Source: Setoptus koraiensis
Lineage: Eukaryota > Animalia > Arthropoda
Direction: 5' to 3'
Length of the DNA stretch: 64,000 nucleotides
Assembly: GCA_048013815.1 (NCBI GenBank)
Contig: CM106586.1
Coordinates: 19,778,001 to 19,842,000 of the forward strand
The position numbers were made by a program, and so were the translations under genes. Of this stretch, positions 1 to 11,300 are shown in pieces (position 1 is the first letter of the stretch; every line of letters starts with the position of its first letter). Under the pieces are notes generated by a model. The model did no database searches and was not told the origin of the DNA. It saw only the letters and a program-made list of their open reading frames with translations.

Positions 1-230
1 TGGTTGCTCGGCTCTGCTCGTCTCGTCTTGGTTGCTCGGCTTCTCGGCTCGGCTGCCCGGCTCGGCTGCCCGGCTCGGCTGCTAATCGTTCGGCCCTATC
101 ACGAGCCCTATTACGAGCCCTATTACGAGCTCTGTGATGAGCCCGATTATGAGCCCTGTTGAGCCCTATTAAGAGCCTTACTGAGCCCTATTAAGAACTT
201 TATGGAGCCCTATTACGAGCCCTATTATAA
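1..230. repeat. Low-complexity tandem repeats: CTCGG/CTCGGCTGCCCGG units (1-80), then a degenerate 12-13-nt GAGCCCTATTAC array (~100-230)
   Basis: Units read directly, e.g. acgagccctattacgagccctattacgagc. Confidence 0.8.
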
Positions 231-1029
231 GACTGGCTAAACTCACAATTGTCAGTGGCTGATTAACCGACAAAACGATTCTGTCGTCTGTGTGACGGGT
301 ATACGCCGGCGAGTGGCGTCTGCTCGCGACTCGAGTTATCTATTTATTTCGCTCGCAAGCCTGGAATGTTAAATCTCGTTCGAGTTCTCTCTTGTGAATG
401 AAATGTTGAAATCGCTTGAAATATCAATGTTCGCACAGGCTGATAACGATGGCTTGAAAATTGAATGAAATTGTTGCAATGGTAGTAGCCGGGCTTGGCA
501 AACGTCGCTTGTTGCTGGATATTTGATATGACGGTTGCCTCTTGCGCGGTGCTTGTTAGCAGACTGTGTCGAGCTGGATGAGAGTTGTTTGTTGTTGTTA
601 TCAAATGACGTGCATAATTGTTGTCGGATACACTCAAACAAACGCACACACACACACACTCACTCGAACAAACAGATCAGCAACAACAGACGGAGGAAGA
701 ACGAAGAAAGTGATCTACAAATTCATTTATATTAGACAATCTCAAACAATTTGTGTAAATCACACACACACACGGCGACTCGAACGAGAGCGACAGCAAG
801 CCAAACAGATCAACTTGTTTCGCTTACAAACAACCTGTCAAGCTGCCGTTTGCCAATGCCGTCGCTGCTGGCTCGATGCAACCACCGACTACCGTTGCCG
901 CACCTGTGCGAACGCTGTGAATAACAGGATAAGTGATGCCCAAAAGCTGATAAATCAGCAGCTCGACTTGTGGCTGGCGCCCGAATGAGATGATTTGTTT
1001 TGTTTGTCGATGGTCGTTGTTTGTCGTTG

Positions 1030-1222
1030 GCTGTCACTGTCGCTGTTCGCTCGTTCGCTTCTTCACCTGTTCGCTGCTTCACCTGTTTGCCTGTTCGCTT
1101 GTTCGGCTGTTCGCTTCTTTGCCTGTTCGGCTGTTCGCTTCTTTGCCTGTTCGGCTGTTCGCTTCTTTGTTTCGTCACTTGTTCGCTTCTTTGATTCTTC
1201 GCTTGCTCGCCTGTTCGCTTGT
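1030..1222. repeat. GTTCGC-rich tandem repeat including about 3 copies of the 24-mer GCCTGTTCGGCTGTTCGCTTCTTT
   Basis: Direct reading. It produces the repetitive shadow ORFs RSEQPNRQ (minus) and RLFASLPV (plus). Confidence 0.8.
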
Positions 1223-4200
1223 TAGTCGCTGGCTGCCGGTGGCTTATGAGTTCCTTGACTCGCTCGCTGGTCTTGGCATGTGTGGTGCCATACATGTACA
1301 CACTTGTGAATTGTTGTTGTTTGCTTGCGGTTTAGACGCACACACAGTGTTGTTGTTGATGGGTCGCTTGTCACATCGTCGAGCGTGTCGATTGAGATAA
1401 TTGAGCCGGGGGTGACACAGTGGCAGCGCCCGTCATAGGTCTCAATGTGTTTGTCTGGATCTGTCTGTTCGTACGAATCTGCTTGCTTGCGACTGTCGCA
1501 ACTCCAAAACTGATTTGACCCCACTGCCCGTTGCGGCCGACATTCAAATGGCCGAGCGCTATTCGAGTGTGGATATCAATTTGTGTGCCGCGATATATAA
1601 CGCGGCGCGCCACGAGCCACAATATGTAACCAGCGCGGCCTATAGTCGCGTACGTGCTGGCACACTTGCACAACAAGACGCTGGTCACTTCGCGCGCGCG
1701 TTGGTCCCCTGTATCTATATAGCGTGTGTGTGTGTGTGCATATAACGGGCACGTAGCGGTAATGCGCGCGCGCGCGCGCGCAAACCAGAATAGCGGCGCA
1801 TGTGCCGTCCGGTCACTTACAAGTTGTAAGTTACAACAACCGCTGTGGGCCTTGGTCGCTGGCAACTAAACAAATTGAATGAGCCAACTTGATCTCAAGC
1901 GCACAGTTGACACAGGCAGCACGCGCTGCCCGACGACACGAAGACGAAATGACGGTGCAAATCGCTCGATCAATGGCGCTCGCCATCCATCAATTTGTTT
2001 GTTTGTCTCTGTTTGTCTCTGTTTGCGCGGCGCGTGCTGCTCGCTGCGCGGGCACGGCCCGTCCCCCCACGTGCCACGAGCCTCGAGTCACAAGCCACGA
2101 GCCCCCGTGTGAGAGCGCCCCGTGCGGCGAGGCGGGCCGCGCCGCGTCAGAAACGAGCGACAAGTGCCACATCCGCTGTGGCTCGCGCCGGCGATAATGG
2201 CAACCCGTGCAGAATGTGCACTGCAGATGATAACTCGTGCATACAATGCAACTCGTGTGCATAACGTTCGATCGGCCGCGTTGACTCGCAACTCGAGCCG
2301 CACGACATCAGCGGTTGTGCACACGAGCAAATCAGTTATGCTCAGGTAGCCGGCATCACGTGTGCGCGCGTTTCGCCCGCCCGTCCGCTCGTTCGACCGC
2401 CGCCCGCTCGTTCACTCGTCCACTCGTCCACCGCACGGAGCGCTCTCACACGAGGGCTCCCGTTACAGCGGCGAGAGTGGCCAAAGTGATCGCTGCGGCC
2501 CAGTTAAGAGCACGCCCTCTCGGTGGCTCAATTGAACTGAATTGAATTGCTCGTACGTGCACCGAGCCATCGCGAAATGTCCGTTGACATTGTCCGTTTA
2601 GCCCGCGTCCTCTGTGCCTCTCACAACGTGCGGCCCAAAGTTACATTTCGGGGCCGCACCGACCGACGCGGCGGACAAACCAGCGCGCCGGATAAACCAA
2701 CACACCGGATATATATGTGCTGTATATACACGTTGTGCTGTATGTATACTCGCGCTTGCCACCATCGAGCGTAGGTGTATTGCTAATGGGCCATGATTGA
2801 TGCGATCCGCACGCACTCACCGGCCGCCACAAACCTGTGAGCTGCACACCTTTGGCACGCCCATGCCAACTGTCATCTGGTTACATAACTGTGGTTATGT
2901 AATACACACAATGGCAACGCAACATTGTCGCTGTGTGCTGTTTGTCACGCCAGTGGTCAGCGGTTCGGTTGGTCAGCAGACAATTCGGTTGTGAGTCAGA
3001 GACGATTTGGCAGCAACAACGTTCGACGTGAGCAGCCAACCAGCAGCTAATGAATAGATTATCGGCGCCCATTGCTGTTGCGCAAGCCACGGGCGGACGC
3101 TTTATAGATTTGTTCGGCGGCCCTCTCTAGGTTTCATTGACACTTTGGGCCGATGTCGAGCCCGTTGCTTGCGTTTGCTTGCAGTTGCCTGATTGGCGAC
3201 AGCCACCACTCAGCATCGGCGGCGCCGGCCGCCATTGGCGCCGCTCAAATGGTGGCCGGCGATTCAAGTGAACCGGAAACGCCAGGTACTAATTTGCGGC
3301 GGCGGCGGCGGCGAGTTCAACGAGCACGCGTTCGCCGCCCGTGCACACATGCTCTCGGCGAACTATTAGTGGCTTGAGCGTGCCACTAACAGTGACAGCG
3401 CCAACAGTAACAGCGCCAACAGTGACAGCGCTCACGTGTTACCGGCGCCACCGATTTCCGGCGCGGACGGGATACTTCACAGCGGCTCGAGGGCAGCGTG
3501 CCCGTTGATCGGTGCCGAGAGCTGGCCGATGCGCCAATGGGGCCAGTCGGCCAGCCGGCCAGTCGGCCAAAGCCAGCGACCGCTCGGACGCGGATACGGC
3601 AGCATATAGGTGCCAGCGAGTGATGAATGGACGGCCAGACCGACCGCGAGCGGCTGGCCCGGGCCACGGTGTCAGTGGGCCTCACAATATGACAGCACCG
3701 TTATACCGTTGCCAGCTTGTAGCCAGTTTGCGGGGTCTGTGGCCAGTTTGGGCAGTTTGTAGCGGGCGGCACAACAACGGGCAGCGATGTTTCCATTTAT
3801 CTCTCGCGTTTTCGCCCATTGTGTGTGTGCGAACGGTAGTTTCGTCGGTGCGCATCCAATGAATTTCGTTCGCCCTTTGAATGTCGCTCGTTTGTTCGCT
3901 CGTCCGCGCGTTCGCTCGTTCGCGGGATGAGTTCGCTGTCGGCGAAGAGTTCGCTGTCGACTGTTCGCGGGCCCGGTTGGGCCCGGCTGGCAGCAGTCGG
4001 AGCGAGCAGAGCCAAGCGTGTGTGCGCTGCTTGCTGATGACTGCGGATGATGTAAGAGCGCGAGCATGAAATAGAGGAGCAGCAAGAGTCAAAGTGCGCA
4101 CCACTATTTATTTCGAGTCATTAAACTTGCTTGACGCTCATTGACTTGCCGTGGCAGTTGCGGCAGTCGTTGGGCGCAGCATAGTGGCGGCCACTATTAG

Positions 4201-6677
4201 CAGCGCTCAGCGCCGCTGCATGGCCAATGTTATATAACAACATGTCGTCGATATTGTCATCGGCGTATAGCGGTCGTTTGCGCGCTATGTGGCGCGTTTA
4301 TGGTGTGTGCGCACATAGCGCACACAGTGCACACAGCGCGCACTCGGGCACATAGCGCGCACTCGGGCACATAGCGCACATAGTGCACATAGCGCATAGG
4401 GCGCCGTGCGCAAAGAGAGAGCTGTAACGGCAAACTCATTCATATTGTTGTTTCTTATTATGGTGGCGATTTGTCGGCCACTTGGCTCTTTGTTAAATGT
4501 CGGCCACTGCCAGCGGCCGGCTCCATTGTGCCGGCTAGTAAGTGTTCGCCGGCCAGCCGGCCGCCAGCAAAGTAAATTTATTCCACTTACTTTCTCGACG
4601 CGCTCGCGAGCCGGCCGAGTTCACTAATGATTCATCTAGGATGTTTCATGCTGCCTGCTCGTGTTGTCGATCATGATGATTGTGATGGTGGCTACGTGGC
4701 GAGTGACGCGCGCAAAACGTGCAACCACCATAAAGTGCGACTATATTTCGGCGCTCGTGTGCACGCGCGCTCCCGCTAATGGGCCCGCCGCCACTAACTA
4801 AAAGAGATAACAAACTGTCCACTGTGTGCCGCTGCGTAATTGTGTAACGAGGCCAACCTCTGGTACGAGCCTCTCTCATACGAGCCTCTAATATATGGAG
4901 CTCTAATGTGAGCGGGGCAAAAAGCGGCCAAAAAAGCGCCACCACTGGCACGGTCAACATTGATTAGTGAGCGCAAACACGACAACAAGTGCACGCTGGC
5001 CGGCCACGCTAGCGTCGAAGCGTCGAACATGGCGGCGTCACTGGCCGCACTGTCGGACCAGTGACGGGCCAGATATGAGCCGATGCATATGGCCAATGGG
5101 ACAAATATGCCGCCGTGTTTACCTATGTCGTCATTTGCGTACGCTCACTGTTCACATGTGCGAGCTCATTCACATGTGAACAGTGACCGAGCAACGACAA
5201 AAATTAGTTGCGCAACATTGCCTAATGTACGTCGGCTGTCTCTTTGTTTGACAAGACCAATGACTTGTCATTGTTGTTGTCCATCGCTGCGGCCACTCTT
5301 TGGCCCGCTGCGCGCTTTAAGCTGCGTTTCGCGCGAGCTTCTGTGCGCACCTAGGGGCAATCGCGACCAGTGGCCGCCGATGCGACGCGCACCAACGCAA
5401 CGCGGCCAACGCAACGCGGCCAACAAAACGCGGCCAATGTAACAGTACAATGTCGCGCCGTGTTTATAGACACTAGTCACACGAACACGGGGTAAACATT
5501 GACTTTTATCATCATGGAGTTGTCATCGTGTTGTCGTCGTGCCCGTCAACTCAAACACGGCTCGCCTCGGTAGCTGGCGCGCTGTTTGCGCGCGTGCAAG
5601 CCGGGCAAACAACGCGCCAGCTATCAAGATGACAGCCGGGCCTCGCAAAGCGACGCAGGCCCAGATCAAATAGAAAAAATATACGTCCACTCCAAAAAAA
5701 GAAACATGTCGCTCTTTTTTGCTCTTGTCTCCTCGCCCTTCCAGCGGCCGGGCCCCTTTGCCCGCGTCACAAGCGCTCTCGCGAGAATACGGCCACCATT
5801 TGTAGCCACATTCGTGCCGCAGCGATGCAAACAAACTCTGCCACACAAGCCCAGCTGCCAGTGGAGTGGCTGTCGGGCGACTTCGGGGGCCGCGACGTTC
5901 GCGTTCTTTGTGTGTCCGATCATCAATTGACACAAGAGTAGATTCTGTTCCAGTGGCACCAGTCACAACAAGCGAATTGTGCCTCGTGTAATCCGAGCAA
6001 ACAACCCATAAGCAGCGGATAACTTTCGCAAATTTTGCTTTCGGTCTCACTGGTGGCTCGTTCTCACTGGTGGCTCGTTCTCGCTCAATGTTTGTTTGCC
6101 GTCATCATGCCAACACGCACCCAACAGTAGTGACGGCAGTAGTGGTGCCAGTGAAGCTATCATCATTTGCGAACATTCTTCAAAAACATTCCCCCCCCCC
6201 CACACACACTAATGTAATGCATACGCTTATGGGCTCTTTGTTTGGCCTCGCTGGACCACTCTGCAACGGTCGCACGGCTTATGAGCCAGTCCATCAACAA
6301 TTGTGGTCCTTTGGACCGTGGACGGGCCCGTCTTTTCAAGCGACCCTACAGTCGTGTAAGTGGCCTTGCAACGCCAAACAATTCAATTATCCTTTATTAC
6401 AATGCCAGTGTTGCAATTAGGCGCGTTTGAATTTGGCGCTTTGCGCAACCAATGGCCAGGCATCTGCGCACCGGAAAATCGTTCTGGCGCAGCCTGCATG
6501 CCGCCGCTGCACACATGCATTTATGCATTTTGAAATCACACTCACACTCACTGTTGTTGTTATTACACATTCATGTCGGAATTATATCCAAATTATCCCC
6601 TCTTAAACAATTAATTCGATTTATTAGATCAATCTTTCAATTTTCATTAATTACACACAATCAGCTAACACGACACT

Positions 6678-7037
6678 ATGACGTCCAAGAGAAGGAACAA
6701 TGGCAGAGCCAAGAAAGGAAGAGGACATGTCAAGCCGGTGCGTTGCACAAATTGTGCCCGTTGTGTCCCCAAGGACAAGGCCATCAAAAAATTTGTCGTC
6801 AGAAACATAGTGGAGGCGGCCGGAGTTAGGGACATAACCGAGGCATCGGTCTACGAAAGCGGTTACATATTGCCGAAACTGTACGCCAAGCTACACTACT
6901 GTGTATCGTGCGCCATTCACTCGAAAATTGTCAGAAATCGCTCCAAGGAGGACAGAAAGATCCGTGTGATCCCACCACGCTTCCCCAAGCAACCTGAGCG
7001 AGAGGCCAGGCAAGGTCCCCGAACTGTGGCTAAATAA
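6678..7037 (+). CDS. RpS26: 40S ribosomal protein S26 (eS26), intronless
   Basis: [39 protein letters not shown]...[10 protein letters not shown] is the canonical eS26 zinc-binding sequence. AATAAA overlaps the stop codon. Confidence 0.98.
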   Translation: MTSKRRNNGRAKKGRGHVKPVRCTNCARCVPKDKAIKKFVVRNIVEAAGVRDITEASVYESGYILPKLYAKLHYCVSCAIHSKIVRNRSKEDRKIRVIPPRFPKQPEREARQGPRTVAK

Positions 7038-8362
7038 ATAAATTAAGAACCCAAAACTATAACGCGAAGTTCAATCGCCATAAGAATTAGGTTGCATCCA
7101 AAATTTCGTAACGAAAATTTTCATAGAAATAATAATGGTGATAATCATGTCTCGCTAGAAACGTTTTGTTTCCACCACCCACGCTTTTGCTGGACATCTT
7201 TCGTCCATTTCCTTGCAAAAATTTGCCAAATGTAACCAATGTGACAGGTAATGTGAGCATGCAGGGTGCCCCAGTTGCGCACAGCAGTGTGGCCAGGTAA
7301 CCAGTTGACCACAGGCCAACCAACTGGCAAATTTGATCGTGAGCCATGAGAGATGCCGCAGCGTAGCGACCTCTTCCGGCCCTGTCTGGAACTTCGCGAG
7401 GTTACCATTGGTCGGTGAACCAATGGCAACAAGCGGCACGCAACAGGGCGCGGTTACCCACACACACAATCGAATCTCCGACTGCCTTTAATGTTATGCA
7501 ACCATATACCAACTGTTTACCTTTACCTGTGTGGATTGTGTTTGTGTGTGTGTGTAGAGAACATCTTATGTGCTGTTTGGTGGTTGGTATGGTGATGGCT
7601 CTGCAAAACTAGTTAGCTTATAGTGTCTTGTGTTTACCTACTTCAAGTTGTTTCATGCAATTCTGACTAGTTTTCCCCGTTCGATCTCTCGGCTGTGTGT
7701 CTGTCGGTTTGTGTGTGTGTTACCAATCGAACGAGTCATGGAATGAGCGAACGTTTTGGTGATTTTTTACGAACGAACGAGAAAAGAACAAGATTAGTTA
7801 CGCTGCTGAGGCCAGCACGAAAAACAATATTAGCCGTTATATTTAATAGCGACCGTGTGTGCCTTAATTGCCTTTGGACGCTATCAGCATGGAACGATGG
7901 TAATATGACGGTAACAGCAAAATGTTGGACATGACGAGCGTTTATTTGATAATTAAAATTCTATTCCGCAGCCAGCAACAATTTGGAAGCGAACGAATCT
8001 CATAGCAACACTGACAGACACACACAAACACACACACACACACACACCCATTCGAAAATCAGCCATCCATGACAAGGTTCTTCGGACACCAAATGGAGGA
8101 GACAATTCAATCTCATGGATGCTCATCATCATCCAAATGCTGCCTTAATTATTTATTTTTCAAAATGCACAATACTATCAGAAGTGACAATAATCCAGTG
8201 CAAGACACATCGGCGAAGGCCGGTGGCCGCTGTCACGGATATTCGAGGTGCCACTGCAACCATGACAAACAATTCACCGTAGGACCATCGAAACAAAAAT
8301 GCAACAACAACAAAAAATATTCCAATATCAATTCAACTGGTAGCGGGACAGTTCAGGCAAAC

Positions 8363-11300
8363 ATGGCCCCATTTTCGGTGGTCAAATTACTATTGGCGCT
8401 AGTCTTAGCATTTATTCAATGCATGTCAGCAACATCGGCGGAACATTCTTGCAAGGAGCCATTGTTGCATACTAGAAATGTCAACTTGTTTGCATCATCA
8501 ATGCACGACAGTAATATGGCGCGAAGCGGTTTTAGTTCGTCAACGATACGACTAGACGGCGACCATTCCTGGATTGCTGGACAATCAGATTTTTCACAAT
8601 ATTTAACCATTGACTTGGGCAATAAATTTAACATATCCGCTATTTACACACAGGGCAGGAAGAGTACACATACCAACGAGTTTGTTCAAGAGTATCGTAT
8701 AACTTACGGTAATGACGGCAAAGATTTTCAACCCTATCGCGACAGAAATGGAAATATTAAAATATTTATGGGCAATGTCGACAATGACCGAACTAAAGAG
8801 CACGTATTTGAGCCTTCCATCATAGCCAGGTATGTTAGAATTAATCCAATTAGGTGGCACGATCGAATTGCTATGCGAGTGGGCCTGTTTGGTTGCCCCT
8901 ACGACAGCCAAACGTTTTCCTTCAATGGGGACTCTTTCGTTGACATGGATCTCAGATTTCGCACCATACACTCTATGGACACAAATGTCAACTTTAGATT
9001 TAAAACTTCCAAGGCCGACGCCAATATAATCTATGCCACAAGTGATCTGGGACACTTGATGGCCATACAACTATTAGACAACAAGTTGGTGTTCTCAATT
9101 GATCTAGCTGGAACGGGAGAAATTTACAACATTTCAGCCGGCTCACTTTTGGATGACAATTTGTGGCATGATGTCTCTATGACACGTTATGGCAATCAAA
9201 TCTATATAACATTAGACAGGGTTGTAGTGAAACAACGCATTCCCACTGATTTTTCAAAATTATTCCTAAACAATCATTTGTACATTGGTGGAATTCCTAG
9301 TTACTTATATCCCATAAATAATGCACGAATGAACTTTTCCGGATGCCTAGAAAACTTATTGATAGATGGTAACAAGATTATTAATGATTACATGCTGGAC
9401 ACACAACATTTAATTTACAGGACCATAGGCTCCATCGATAGAGAATGCCTGGAAACGGATACGGCACCTGTGAAATTCTCTACACGTGAATCATACTTAA
9501 AAATAGACGGTTATCAAATGGAACAACTTAATTGCAGTTTTGACTTTAGAACATTTGAGAAAAATGGTCTGTTACTGTCTAGTAAGTTTACATCAGACGG
9601 TCATCTTAAGCTTTATCTACGAAAGGGTAGATTTGTAATTGACATTGCCGGAATAGAAGGTCAGGTAACCATTGAACCGTATGATAGAATTCTTAACGAC
9701 GGATCCTGGCATAGCTTCAAAATTCATGCTCGAGAAAATTTAATTGAGACCTATCTAGATGGCAAACAAAGTACAACTCGTAGAAAGTTTCTATTCAAGG
9801 GCGGAAAAGAATATTTCCTAGGCGGAGGCTCAGAAAATACAATGTCAGGATTCATTGGTTGCATCCGTTTTTTGTATATTGAAGGACGCTACATTAACTT
9901 CCAAACGTTGTCAGAAGATAAGATACAAAAGTTACATCCATCGGACATTTTGTTTGAGCAATGCCAAATGATTGACAGATGCCACCCGAATCCATGCGAA
10001 CATGATGGCATCTGCGAGCAAGATTCTCAAATGTTCCAATGTAATTGCACCGAAACAGATTACCATGGAGCTGTTTGCCACGTCTCTAGATATCCTATGT
10101 CTTGTGATGCGCTTAGAATAGAAAAACCTCAGTTGAAGGAGATAAGTACTTATTTAGACGTTGATGGAAGTGGTCCCTTGGGGGCTTTTCCAGTCACATG
10201 CAGATTTATTGATAAATTAACGCAAACTATTATTCACCACAGGAGTGAAGATGAAATTAATGTGCAAGGTTTTGACAACAAAGGAAGTTTCATTCTTCCT
10301 ATAGAGTATCTCGCATCAGATAATTCTATATCGAATCTCATTGATCGCTCAAAGTCATGCTCTCAATACTTAAGTTACAAATGTTACAATGGAACCCGTC
10401 TAATGACATCAAACGGCCAATTTGACCCTGTTTCATGGTGGGTAGGAAGCAAAAACCAAAAAATGGATTACTGGGCAGGTTCACTGCCAGGTTCACTGGG
10501 ATGCAAATGCGGGTTAGACGGATCCTGCAAGGATCCAAACTATGCTTGTAATTGTGACTCACCAAATCAAGACCTTCATTCCGAACTCATAGATGATGGA
10601 ACGATAACTCAAAAAGAGCATCTGCCGGTGAAAGAGATACGTATTGGAGACACAGGAGGTACTCGCTCTGCCAAAGTACATCTAGCTGAATTGATTTGCG
10701 AAGGACATCCCCAAGAAGACGACGCAATAACATTCAGAAAAGAAGATGCGATTGTTACAATACCTGATGTCGAGCTAGCCGAGGCTACTGAGATTTACCT
10801 ACAGTTTAAGACGACTATTCCATCTGCTATTTTGATCCAAGGTGACATCACCACAAATTTGGTTGAACTTTCGTTATCGAATATGGATACGCTACAACTT
10901 AGTTTCATGTCTGGCTCTTTTGAGAAAATATCGTTGCAGGCAAAATCATTACAAAAACTGAACGACAATAACTGGCACTCAGTGTCTGTGGAGTTAAATC
11001 AAAGAGAGGCCAGATTGGTTGTTGACGGGAACATAATATCAAATCATGATATGAAATCAGACTTTAACCGTTTGACTCAAGTCAAGTCTCGATTTACTGT
11101 CGGAGGATCGAGCGAGCGCAAGGAAGGATACGTCGGTTGTATGCGTAGTTTAGAAATAGATGGAAGGCCGTATGATATATACAGACATCGCGAATCGACA
11201 TATGGCATAATAAGAGGATGTCGAGGTCGATGTCAATCAACATCCTGTTTCAATGGAGGTGTATGTATAGAACGTTATACAACCTTCGATTGCGACTGTC

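Noticed and set aside
100-230. Repeat array superficially like a CRISPR or telomeric array
   Set aside because: The units are 12-13 nt, degenerate and have no unique spacers. No cas genes are present, the context is eukaryotic, and there is no TTAGG motif.
5510-5525. TCATGGAGTTG, a partial resemblance to miR-281
   Set aside because: The match is short, the 5' and 3' ends differ, and no supporting hairpin is evident.
344-6450. Dozens of 60-175 aa ORFs on both strands
   Set aside because: They overlap in several frames, are compositionally biased (R/A/C/S), often use non-ATG starts and show no domain motifs. This is expected in GC-rich repetitive DNA.
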